Assembly: GCA_964019335.1 (NCBI GenBank)
Contig: OZ025717.1
Coordinates: forward strand, 372,001-436,000
Length of the DNA stretch: 64,000 nt
Source: Diplonema japonicum
Taxonomy: Eukaryota; Protista; Euglenozoa: Diplonemea
Direction: 5' to 3'
This document shows positions 1-10,548 of this stretch, in pieces (positions within the stretch are counted from its first letter, which is position 1; every line of letters begins with the position of its first letter). The notes under the pieces were generated by a model. The model worked only from the letters and a program-made list of their open reading frames with translations. It searched no databases and was not told where the DNA came from. The position numbers were made by a program, and so were the translations under genes.

Positions 1-497
1 CAAATAGTAACGCTTCACATCTCTAAAAACCCCGGTCTTAAAAAAAGAAATAAAAAAAACAAACAAAAAAAAACCTACTGGAAGTTTTTTTTTTTTTTTT
101 CCAAGCAGGTTTGTAAGAATTTTTTTTTCCAGGGACAGAAAGATGAATGCAATACGTAATTCACTTAAATATAAGAAAAAAGAGAAAACTGCTAACTCGA
201 TCCCCTAAGTTTGGGGACATGCTCAAAATCAACCCGGGGGTCTAACATTTTAAAGTTGGAAAATCCCTTTTTTTTATTATTATTTTTGTTTATTCTGACC
301 TGATTTCCCAAGGCTTCCATGAATATCAACGGAGTTCTTCAGAAAAACTCATTTAAAACCATGGGGGGGGGGGGGGGAGGGGATTTTGAGCATTTTCAAT
401 AAAAACTTGGAGGGGTCAAAGTTAGCACTCCACCCCCCCCAAAAAAAAACCATAGCTGTACAACGAACCAATATTTCCCCCCCCCACTTTTCCCACT

Positions 498-1693
498 TCA
501 ACGCCAACTTCTAGGAGATGAAGCGCTGCCTCTGCGAGAGGAGGCATGGTGCGCGGGACGGACATCTCTTTGCAAAACTCCGAGTGTTTCTGTCCCATCC
601 TGCCAATCGACATCATAAGTGTTGCTAAGAGGATGGAAAGCTTTAATGACACAAGGGGTCCACCTGTATATTTATTTTCATCCCTCCTCCCATTTGTTCC
701 ATACTCTTTTCCTTCCCACAACACCTCAGCTTGCGAATTCACTCCAAGATGCGGGGGCAGAGATTCTGTCATGCTTGATGCCCCACCATACGTTCCTGAC
801 CCGTAATAGGTGTAACTACCCTCATCGTCGCCTAATGGTCGGATATATTCACGGGAAACTCCTTCAGATATCTCACCAGAATCGAAGTGGACGGTGAAGG
901 AACCATCACGGTGGCGTTGACCGATAGTGGCGGGGTACCACCCGTCATCGTCTGGACCGTAGAATATTTCAACTCGGTCGTTGGGGTTGATGTCAAAGGA
1001 ACGAGGCGACACATGAGATGAGGTAGGAGAAGGTGCGCCTTGAAGCCTCATGGAATGGCCTGCCACACCTTCAGCCGCCTCACCTGTTTCAAATGTAACC
1101 GCGAACGAACCGTCGAATAATTTCGCTGTGACCTCTGCCGGGTACCAAACACCTTGTGACACACCATCTTCTTGCCCATAGTATACTTCTACTTTGTCGC
1201 CAGGTCGGAATGTACCTTTTGACATACTTTTGCTTGAAGGAGAGTACGCCCCTTGGGATCCGGGGTTCGGGTTTGACATATCGTAGTTGACGACCCCTTT
1301 GCTCTTGTCTTCTTTTATTTTTGGGATGTCGCCTGGTTGTGGGGGCACCACGTTGATCTTCACGTTTGTCGATGCTTTTAAAATATCCCCCACTTCGATG
1401 TGGCTGTACACTGGTTTGCCGTTTAAACCCACCACTAGCCATCCTCTGTGGGTGTCGATATCTTGTGCATGTGCTGGAGAACCTGGTTGGGTCCCTCTGA
1501 TTTCTAGAACACCTTTTTTCCATGCTCTCAAGATGATGCCCGCAGGCTGGCTCATTTCTTTTTGCAAGTCGAGTGGAACAGATTCCGGAAGGCGGTCCTT
1601 CGGGTCCTTTGAAAGTGATTTTTTTTTTTTTTTTTTTTCCCATACCACTGCCTTGAATGATCCAGGCGGCTTCTTTGTTTTCGTCTTTGTCAT
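498..1693 (-). CDS. PDZ-like domain plus three Tudor/Agenet-like repeats; introns 1607-1645 and 664-704
   Basis: PDZ-like segment (LEIRGTQPGSPA...VVGLNGKPV). Repeats GDKVEVYY..WYPAEV..DGSFAVTF and NDRVEIFY..WYPATI..DGSFTVHF. Splicing GTATGG..TACAG restores a third repeat (WEGKEWTPCVIKAF..NTYDVDWQDG) ending at TGA 500-498. Confidence 0.7.
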
Positions 1694-2144
1694 TTTTTTT
1701 TTCCCCCTCCTTTGAACGTTTATATGAAGAATTAAATTTTGTTTTTTTTTTTATAAAAAAAAAAGGAATGAAGTAACCATAAGACATAAATAAGTAGGAA
1801 GAGGAATAAAACTCAGAGGCAGGATACCTTTTGGTCGATGTATCACTTTGTTGGGTTTCTTTCTTTTTTTTTTTAACGGGGAGAGGGAGGGAAAGAATGA
1901 AGAAGAAAAAAGAGGGAGGGACCCAACCTACCTCCCGTTCATTCCTGTCTTTGTTTTTTTTTCTACCCGCCCTTCCTCCCGCCCGTTTTCTCCTTTTTTT
2001 TTTGCCAACCTTTTTTTTTCTCTTTTTTTTTTTCTACAGCTCACATGTCGTAAGTAAATAAAAAAAAATCTAAAATAAAAAAAAAGATAATAGGAAAGCC
2101 ATCTAACACATAAATATTGTGTTTTTTTTTTCTTCTTCTTCTTG

Positions 2145-3342
2145 TTATTTACCATTGAATAGTTCTTCAAAGGTGCGTGCTGGATTGTTCTGAAGGGAAG
2201 AGTTTGATTTAAGAGAAAAAAAAAAAGAAAAAGAAAAAACCACACACCGATTTGACAAAACCCCTATTGTTTTTCACCACTTTCATCGCAGCCATAAAGT
2301 CCGAGGTGCTTATAACCAAAGGTGCTTCAGTACTCACACTGGGAGAGGTTCGAACCGCAGAGAGAGCAGCCTCTTTACAAAGTTCATGAAGATCAGAACC
2401 GGAATACAGGTTCGTCGCTTCCGCAATCTGTAAATTAACTTCTCCCCCCCCCCCAAAAAATAAACACACCTTTTCCATGTCCAGGTTATCCACAGCAGCC
2501 TTCGATATGGATTTGTCTCTGTTCAGAATAATTTTGATGATTTGTTCTCTGGCCGGGCTGTTTGGGTACCCGACCTCCTGTTTGACGGGCATTCTTCTTA
2601 AAATAGCCTCGTCGATAGCACCAGGGCGGTTTGTAGCACCGATAACCATGATGGTATTATTAGATGTTCGCAGGCCGTCCCACTCGGTCATGAAGATAGT
2701 TTTTACGAGATTGAAAGTAGGTGAAGATGATGAAGTGGAGTCCCTGTCGCTGAGTAAACCGTCGATTTCGTCCACAAAGACAATGGCGGGTTGAAGCTTC
2801 CTCGCTAGAGAAAAGACAGCCGCTACGTGTTTTTCACTATCCCCGACATATTTTGCAAGGAGGGTGTCAAGCTTCACTTCAATGAAATTGGCCTTAGCCT
2901 CCTTTGCTATCGTCCGTGCTAACAGAGTCTTTCCAGTACCAGGTGGTCCGTGTAGCAGAACACCTTTAGGAGGGGCACGAAGAGACCCAACTGGGTACAA
3001 TGCAGGGCATGATAAAGGTGCTATGACACTCTCTCGTACCACACGTTTTGTTCCTGTCAGCCCTCCCACATCGTCGAGGGTTTCTGTTAGGTCGTTCGGG
3101 TCTATTAAGCCCTTTGCAATTATATTCTCGGCGTCTGTAAGATCCACCAGACGTCCCTTTATCCTCTTCTGATGCCGGCCTTCTCCTAGCAGCCCTGCTT
3201 CTCGCAGCAATCTTCTGTACAGCAGCAGCACGATGCCCACTATCATCACGTACAAATGGAAATTCCTTCGCATGAGCAGTCCCAACCCTTTCAAGAAAGG
3301 GGTCAGCGCCAACAAGCTGGTGATCGTCTTTGCTTGATGCAT
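2145..3342 (-). CDS. ATAD1: Msp1/ATAD1-type membrane AAA+ ATPase; introns 2428-2469 and 2190-2247
   Basis: N-terminal TM; Walker A GPPGTGKT; Walker B IVFVDEID; family motif FMTEWDGL; SRH IGATNRP..IDEAILRRMP. GT-AG introns remove low-complexity inserts. Confidence 0.85.
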
Positions 3343-3679
3343 TTTTTTTTTTTGTTTTGTTTTTGTTTTTTGTTTTGTTGTTTAAGAGGAATCGATGGAG
3401 GGGATAAACCCCCCCCAAGTCGTTCCCACTTTCCTTCGCCCCTCCTCCTTTCGATTTTAGGGAAATAATTTTGTTGTTGTAAAGGAAGAGAAAGAAGAAA
3501 AAAAAAAGAAAGAAACTATCTCTACCCATTGGGCGGAGATCATGCTGCTGGGTTAACGACTGGGCTTACGCCGCACTTGTCTTCCGAGCAACGGTCTCGC
3601 AAAGTATCGCACGATAAGAGAGGAAGAAGAGAAAAAAAAAGGATTACGATTCGTTACGTTACGTTGTTTAAAGAGCAAA

Positions 3680-4279
3680 TCAGTTCCTGCGGATCTCGAG
3701 GACCTGCCTGAAGAGGACACCGCCGGCTGTCTGGGGTTCCGGGTTAGTGAGGAGCTCGCCCCAGGCCCCCTTGAAGTCGCCTGTCCCGCCGACGATGGAG
3801 ACGGCGGAGACACCGTTGTCGGACTCCCTCCCGGAGACCTGGAGGGTCCCGACGTAGCCGGAGCCAGCCCCCTCGTAGAAGGTGAGGGTCCAGGTGCACT
3901 GGCCCCAGTTGTTCTCCGGGTCGTCGGGGAGGGTGGGGTGGTCCGTCCCGCTCCAGTCGGGCTTCCCGGGGTCCGTCCTGATGCAGTACCCAGCGTTCCT
4001 CCCGATCACAGTCGTCGAGTCGTCCGCAAGGAGCTTCTGGTCGAACACGAACACGTCCCCAGGGGAGTCCTGCCCGTCCTCCACGTCAGCGCTCTGCCTG
4101 ATCCCCCCGTCGGGACGCCCGTCAGCGAAGGTTGTGAACTCGATCTTCCCGTGGTGGTGGCCCCAGCCTCCTCCTCCCCACCCGAGGGTGCGCCCGCTGT
4201 GGCGGTTCGCAGCCCCAGCAGTCGCCCCCGCAGAGGCAACCCCGAGAAGGGCGAACATCATTGCTGCTTTGCTCATCAT
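3680..4279 (-). CDS. Secreted allene-oxide-cyclase/dirigent-like beta-barrel protein
   Basis: Signal peptide MMSKAAMMFALLGVASA; motifs SPGDVFVFDQKL, IGRNAGYCIRT, QCTWTLTF, SIVGGTGDFKGAWG typical of AOC-like barrels; intronless and GC-rich. Confidence 0.65.
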   Translation of the reverse strand: MMSKAAMMFALLGVASAGATAGAANRHSGRTLGWGGGGWGHHHGKIEFTTFADGRPDGGIRQSADVEDGQDSPGDVFVFDQKLLADDSTTVIGRNAGYCIRTDPGKPDWSGTDHPTLPDDPENNWGQCTWTLTFYEGAGSGYVGTLQVSGRESDNGVSAVSIVGGTGDFKGAWGELLTNPEPQTAGGVLFRQVLEIRRN

Positions 4280-4894
4280 CTTGTTTTTTTTTTTTAAAAA
4301 GGTGGTGTGTGGAAAGTCCTGTGGTGATATGCCCAACTGTTTAAGATGCACATCTGGGACAACAAAATGGAATTACGCACTCAGAGGGAAGGAGACAAAG
4401 TACATTTAAACACTTGGCACAAAAAAAAAAAGAAGAAACTAATTGTTTTAAGGTATGCGTCTTTTCACCCCCATCTAATGACCCATGTTTTTCAGACTGC
4501 AAGGCAGTCCAGTCGGCGTCGTCGATAGGAACAAAATCCGCAACCAAACACATTACAATTTACCACATATGAAAGCACTCTGCACGCCGAGAGATCCGGC
4601 GGTTGCCATGGCGACAGGGGGATAAGGAGAAAAGGAAAGAAGGAAAAGAAAACAAAAGAAAAACAACGATAAAGAGCAACAGCACAAAAGAGGAAGACGA
4701 AGAAGGGGGCGAGACGTGAGGAGGATTCTCTTGTCTTGCCGATACGCGTCTCCTCTGGCTGGCTGGTTGCTTGGCTGTTGTTTTGAACAAAAAAAAACAA
4801 AAAAAAGAGGGGGGAAACACGAGACATGTGTACCACAAGAAGAAAGAACACGTACTAAAAGAAAGACGTTGTTGGTTGTTATTATTTACTCCTT

Positions 4895-6250
4895 TCAAAG
4901 ACCCGGCCAGTTCCCTGTGGTAGGGTCGCACTTGGTGTAGACGGGAGCGGGACCCCACCTCCAGGTGGGTTTGATGATGTCGTTGAGGTTGGCGGCGAGC
5001 TCGGGGGCGAGCTTGGTGCCGTTGGGGTTGGTGGTGGGGCTCGGGTTCACGGACCACACGAAGGCCCCCAGGAAGCCGTTCTGCTTGGCGTAGGTGGCGA
5101 TCTCCTTGTCGGCGGCCATCCCCTCCCACACGCCGCCCGCCGCCTGCTCGCCGGGCTCGAAGCCGATGTTGATCTTCTCCTTCGGGACCTTCCCGTAGGT
5201 CACGAAGTTGTTCATGATGGTCGTGAAGTTCAGCTGCAGCGCCCCTGCAGGGGTCCCCGCGTCGTAGGCCATGATGTTCGCGGTGTCGAAGCTCACCCCC
5301 GACTGCGGCCAGATCTTCGCCCCCTCGTTGTCCGTCGCGAAGGTCTGGTTCGGGCGCGGGCTCCCCGGGAGCAGGTAGTTCCAAGGGTTCCCTGCGGGGA
5401 GGAAGGCGTTGAAGCGCGTCGTCCACGACACCTCCAGGTGGTCCGGCCCGTTCTTCCCCACCTCGTCCATGAAGTTCATGTTGGTCTGGTAGTAGGGCTT
5501 CATGTCGGCCTGCTGCCACGGCTGCAGGGCGTTGTACTCCGCCTCCAGCTGCTGCTTCCTCGTCGCCGCGAAGCTGCTCCACTGCGGCTTCACGTTGCTG
5601 TCCAGCTCTTCCCGCAGGGCCGCCACCAGCGCGTTGTACGCCGCGAACTCGTCGTCCCCGTTGATCGTCGCGAACGGCGTCAGGTGCTCGAAGTCCAGGT
5701 CCACCCCGTCCGCGAAGGTCCACAGCACCAGCTTCCCCATCAGCTTCGCGATCGAGCGCGCGTTCTGAACGCTCCCCACCCGCGCAAAGTCGCTCCACCC
5801 GCCGAGCGAGATCTTGAACCTCTTCGGCCCGTCGGGGTGCATCTTCGCCATCCGCGACGACTCCGCGATCGACACGATCCCAGGGGTCGCCGCCGACGTC
5901 GACGGGGTGATCGCCGCCGCCCCGTTCTTCGACGCCGCCGCCAAGTAGATCGCCTTCCCGTCCCACACGGGGCACGGCCCCGAGGCCCCGCCAGAAGTCC
6001 CGTTCGGAGCGTTGCTGCAGCTCACCTGCGACGGTGTCGGGTTCTCCGTCAGGAAGGTGAACCCGTAGTTCACGCTCGAGTACGGCTTCAGCGATGTGAT
6101 GTACGGCTGGGGTTCGAAGCACCCCATCAGGCAGTTCCCGGGGATGTTGTTGTCCCACCACTTCACGTTCACCCAGTCCTCAAGGTACCCCAGCAGCTCG
6201 TTCCCGCTGCACACTCCTGTAAGCAGCAGCACGAGGAGAAGTGTCTTCAT
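4895..6250 (-). CDS. Secreted glycoside hydrolase family 18 (chitinase-like)
   Basis: Signal peptide; ISLGGW, catalytic DGVDLDFE (DxxDxDxE), NIMAYD, GAFVWS. Confidence 0.85.
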   Translation of the reverse strand: MKTLLLVLLLTGVCSGNELLGYLEDWVNVKWWDNNIPGNCLMGCFEPQPYITSLKPYSSVNYGFTFLTENPTPSQVSCSNAPNGTSGGASGPCPVWDGKAIYLAAASKNGAAAITPSTSAATPGIVSIAESSRMAKMHPDGPKRFKISLGGWSDFARVGSVQNARSIAKLMGKLVLWTFADGVDLDFEHLTPFATINGDDEFAAYNALVAALREELDSNVKPQWSSFAATRKQQLEAEYNALQPWQQADMKPYYQTNMNFMDEVGKNGPDHLEVSWTTRFNAFLPAGNPWNYLLPGSPRPNQTFATDNEGAKIWPQSGVSFDTANIMAYDAGTPAGALQLNFTTIMNNFVTYGKVPKEKINIGFEPGEQAAGGVWEGMAADKEIATYAKQNGFLGAFVWSVNPSPTTNPNGTKLAPELAANLNDIIKPTWRWGPAPVYTKCDPTTGNWPGL

Positions 6251-6966
6251 TTTGGTGTTGTTGTTGTTGTTGTGAGCTCACTATGCTGTTGTTATGCAAG
6301 GAGGGGACGAGGGGTGCTCAAATGAAATAGAAAAGGTGTAATGCGACGTAGTGATGTCTTTCTCGTTCATTAAAAGAAAAAGTGGAAATCGCGCAAAAAA
6401 AGGAGGCGGCGGAAATAAAAAAGAGAGGCAGCTAAGAGATTTCATTCTCTATCTTTTTTTATTCCCCCTTTCTTCTTGTTATTTCATATGTGTGCTATTT
6501 CTAACCCGCTATTTCTTCTCTGGAATGGATTTCACCTAGCTCAGAAGATTCAATCTTAATCCCATTTGCACCAGTGTGGAAGAATTTAAAAAGGAAGAAA
6601 GCAAAGAAGGCAAAGAAGAAAGGGCTAAGGGGTGGGAGGGGACTCAAAAGTACTCCACAAAAAGGGTACTTTGTAGGCAAAGAAAAAAAAAAAAAAAAAA
6701 AAAAAAACAATGTCAGTGGTGCTCACTTGTTTTGCGCAGCAACACCTTTAAAATATAAAAAGGTATGCAGGCTACGTCTTCAAAGAAAAGCTTAGTAGAA
6801 AAATGAGAGAGAGAGAGAGGGAGAGAAAATGGAGAGAGTACAAGGCAAAAGGTGACAAGAAAGGCATTTATTATGTTTGAACACCCTTCTTTGTCTCTTA
6901 ACCAGTGCCTTGGGGGGGGGGGGGGGGGTGTTCTCTCCCTTGATAGTTTTATTTTCATTTGTCGTC

Positions 6967-7992
6967 TCAAAGACACACACACGGCCTGTTCGGCCCTGTG
7001 GTGCCTGGCTTCACATTGTTCTTGGCAGGACACCAGTCATCTTCCACATTTTGGGAGGTGGAGAAGACCGCGACGTGAGGGGCATCTGTGGAGACAGGGA
7101 TGTCGAGGGTCTCGCCTGCTTGGAGGGTTTTGTGGAAGACGGTCATGGTCTGGGTCTGCGAGGAACCTGCGGGGGTGAAGATGGGGGCGCACGAGGAACC
7201 CCTCCAGGACTGCGAGAGCAGGAAGCCGGGGATCCCACCGTTCTTCCCGCGGGAGCAAGGGGGGCAGTGGTACACCGCAACGAAGAAGTTGCAGGGTTCA
7301 CCCTTCTGAGCACAGCACTCCAGCTTGATCTCGTCACCGGGAGCAAGGGGTGGCAAGCTGTACACAGCAGCGGCCTCCAGGACCCCGGGAGGGTTCGCGA
7401 GCGTCCTCTCCGCGGACACCGCCTTCCTGTCCACGAAGGACGAGGGTGGGTGCCTCGTCTCCGTCCCGCTCTTCACAGTCGTCGCCCCACCGCACGTCGT
7501 GCAGCAGTCCGCCCTGCCCCTGATCAGGAAGGGGTTGACCCCCGGGTTCAGCTCCCTGCAGTTGTTTCTCCCGCACACCAGACCATCCCCGCACTCCGAG
7601 TCCCTGTCGCAGTCCCCTTCGCCGTGCTTGCACCCAGGGTTCAGGAAGCAGTAGTTGCGGTGGAAGGGCTGCATGTTCTCGCAGCAGTCGTATGACCTGC
7701 GGTACACGTGATCCATACCAGGGTGCATCTCCCTGCAGTTGTTGTACCCGCACACCAGGTCCCCCTTGCACTCCCGGTCCCTGTCGCAGTCACCGCCCCC
7801 ATGCCCACAGGGCCCGTTCTTGCAGTAGTGTCTGTTCCCCGGCGACCCGAAGGTCAACCCTTGGACCACGGGTTCCGCATCCTCCTCTGTTTCCTCTTCG
7901 GTACGGTCCCATTCATCCCCAGGCTGCTCCCCCTCGATGGCCCCCATCGAAGCAACCGCCATCGTCACCACCACCAGGGCAAGTGTCTTCAT
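6967..7992 (-). CDS. Secreted cysteine-rich protein with two GxGDCDxDxECxxxLVCGxNNC repeats and a Cys-rich C-terminal domain
   Basis: Signal peptide MKTLALVVVTMAVASMG; two ~45-aa repeats ending in DCC; strong GC3 coding bias. Confidence 0.75.
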   Translation of the reverse strand: MKTLALVVVTMAVASMGAIEGEQPGDEWDRTEEETEEDAEPVVQGLTFGSPGNRHYCKNGPCGHGGGDCDRDRECKGDLVCGYNNCREMHPGMDHVYRRSYDCCENMQPFHRNYCFLNPGCKHGEGDCDRDSECGDGLVCGRNNCRELNPGVNPFLIRGRADCCTTCGGATTVKSGTETRHPPSSFVDRKAVSAERTLANPPGVLEAAAVYSLPPLAPGDEIKLECCAQKGEPCNFFVAVYHCPPCSRGKNGGIPGFLLSQSWRGSSCAPIFTPAGSSQTQTMTVFHKTLQAGETLDIPVSTDAPHVAVFSTSQNVEDDWCPAKNNVKPGTTGPNRPCVCL

Positions 7993-8383
7993 TTTTATTT
8001 TTTGTTGTTTGTAAGCTGTATAGTGATGAGAACCCAACCATACAGCCAGTACAGGATATAACCGAGCAAAAAAAAAAGGGCGGGTGGGGTTGTACAGTTT
8101 AAAAGATGGAAGGGGTGTATTGTTGACGAAGATGGGAATGCGAGGGAAGGGGGGGGGGGGGGGGGATGATCTCGCACGTTTCTTTTATTCGCTTTCTTCC
8201 ATTCCTTTTATTTGTATATTTTCCTTTCGTATTACTCAAAAAACCCCCCTTCCCTCCCTTTCTCAGTCAATATTACTAAGCAGGAACAGCACGAGGCGTG
8301 CGTGCCTTGAATGACATGGGGGAAGGCGATCGATGGCGATTGGCATTCTGTTATTTTTTTTTCTCCCTCTTCTCATCTCCTTT

Positions 8384-9379
8384 CTATACCTTAATCAGTG
8401 TATCGGCATCTTGTTGCGACGCGGCAGTCAGCTTCGCCAACCGCTGCTGCTTTTTCACGGTAGTGAGCTTACCCTGAATATCATGAGGGAGGTAAGAGGA
8501 GTGTAAAGCAGATGAAGACCCAAACGCCGCTTTATTAGTATATCCTTTATTACGCAGACGCAGCGTGTCAACCATGCCAGGGATCGTGTACTGCTGCCTG
8601 GTTTTTTCCTTTTTTTTTTCCCCAAGAATCACATACATAGTGCAGGGTTCTCTCACAGTAGACAACCTGGCTGTTTTCGATCGCAAGCAATGTGCAGTGT
8701 TTGTCGATTTGATTAAGTTGCTTGATATGGTCCCGCGGGAGACGCCAATAAAAGCATGTCGCTGCAGCACTTCAGGTGTAGGAGAAGCCGACCGTGCCCT
8801 GGAGTGGGGCAACCCAAGGCGCGCAGCATCAGGTGACAACCCAACAAGGTCCTTGGTGAGCTCACGGAAGGATGTGTGCTCGGACGCAGCTTTTTGATAA
8901 GCTTTAGTGGACTTTACAGACGCAGAGATGGATCGTCTCTTGGCAGGGGTCCGTTGAGCAGGTCTGTCGCCCATGATAGGCGACACCTGGCCCATTGCTC
9001 GCTTTGCCGACGAGCGTTTCAAAGAGGTACTGATGTTGTTGACCTTCCTGGGGGATCCCAGCTGGGTGGTGCTGTTTGAGAGGTGTTCAGCACGAACCAA
9101 TAACTGCTTCACGATGTCCCTGGCGGGTTCGCCTCGTGCCGACAACAAGCTTGCGTAGTACACGTCATCAGGCGTCAAGTACGTCATGCTCTTGAGCTCC
9201 GTGACCTTTAGCTCCAGGTCCTCGCCGTCCTCCTTCGCCTCCAGCCCTGCATCGTTGATGAGCTCCTGTATTCTATGCGGAATAGTGGAGTACATGCGCA
9301 CCACTTCGTCCGGAATCAGCAGGCTCGTCTCGACACCGCTTTCCTCTTGAAAATTCGATATTTCATCTTCATTTTGCAT
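8384..9379 (-). CDS. Hypothetical protein; probable intron 8598-8636
   Basis: Long ORF with coding-like composition. A 39-nt GTATGT..ACCAG insert encodes poly-K and is likely an intron. Start assumed at MQNEDE. Confidence 0.55.
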   Translation of the reverse strand: MQNEDEISNFQEESGVETSLLIPDEVVRMYSTIPHRIQELINDAGLEAKEDGEDLELKVTELKSMTYLTPDDVYYASLLSARGEPARDIVKQLLVRAEHLSNSTTQLGSPRKVNNISTSLKRSSAKRAMGQVSPIMGDRPAQRTPAKRRSISASVKSTKAYQKAASEHTSFRELTKDLVGLSPDAARLGLPHSRARSASPTPEVLQRHAFIGVSRGTISSNLIKSTNTAHCLRSKTARLSTVREPCTMYVILGEKKKEKTRQQYTIPGMVDTLRLRNKGYTNKAAFGSSSALHSSYLPHDIQGKLTTVKKQQRLAKLTAASQQDADTLIKV

Positions 9380-9890
9380 TTTCCCCACCCTACTATCGCC
9401 CCTTCCGGCCTTTAATTTCTTTTTTTTAAAATCAAAAGGGTGCCCTGGGGGGGGGGGGGGGGATTTACAGATCCAGGGTGGCTCACTGTTTGTGAGTTTG
9501 ATCACCTCTTCACGATAAAATTAGGGGGGGGGGGGGGTAAACAAAAATTCAAAAAGAGATGACACAATGACCCACCTTGGGGTTGATGATCCCACGACAG
9601 ACCGGGCAAAAAGAAAGATGAAGGAGACGGTTAGGTGGTCTCGATGGGAATTTGCGGTGATCTTTCGCAAAGCCATCAGAAAGGGCGAACCGATCGGCCG
9701 ACGAGGTGGTGTCCCGGAGAAGAAACAAAACAAAAGGAGAAAAAAACAAAAAAAAACAAGGTATGATATTGTTGCAGGCAAAAATGGCACGTGGAACGAA
9801 AGGGTACGTGGGTGGGGAAAAAAGGGGGGGAACAAAAAAAAAGGTGAAAAAAGAAAAGAAAAATGATACTTTTTAAAAAAACCAAAGTTT

Positions 9891-10345
9891 CTACTTCTTC
9901 TTGGCGGCCTGCTTGCGCATCATGGTGGAGACCAACTCCCTCTTCTTCTTACCGCGGATGTACGAGCCCAACCTCCTCTTGGCGAACCTGAGGGCACGCT
10001 TCTCACGCTGGACCTTCAGCAGCTCAGTCATACGCCTCTCGTAGGGGGAAAGTCCGGCAACCTTTTATTTTATTTTTATTTTTATTTTTATTTTTATTTT
10101 TTCCCCCTCCCATCTGAACACACCTCCAAGATAACCTCCCTGCATGCCTCCAACTTCTTTTTGTGCAGACCGATCCTGGCCGCAGGGTTAAGCTGGCGAA
10201 CGGTCTTCGTCGTCTTGAAACCAGTCTTCAGACCCACTCGCGCGCCATTCCCCGAGGCAGGGGTCTGTTATTTTTTTTAAAAAAAAAACCTTTTTCTTCT
10301 TGATACCTTGGCACCGTTCTTCTTCATCTCGGCCCACGCAACCAT
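9891..10345 (-). CDS. RPL36: 60S ribosomal protein L36 (eL36), 3 exons; introns 10265-10306 and 10062-10123
   Basis: Spliced product [33 protein letters not shown]...[47 protein letters not shown]. Missed by the ORF track. Confidence 0.92.
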
Positions 10346-10548
10346 TTTTTTTTTTCCCTTTTGGTTCTCTTCCTGAATTTTTTGCTTTTTTGTTTTCCCT
10401 TGTACATCACAACACAGATAATTAATAACAATGTGGGGGAGGAGGATAAAAAAAAAAAAAAAAAAAACAGGGTGTAACAATATTTAAAGAAAAAAAAAAG
10501 GGGGTATGTACATCTTTTAAAAAAAAGAAAAAGTTTCATTTTTTTTCA

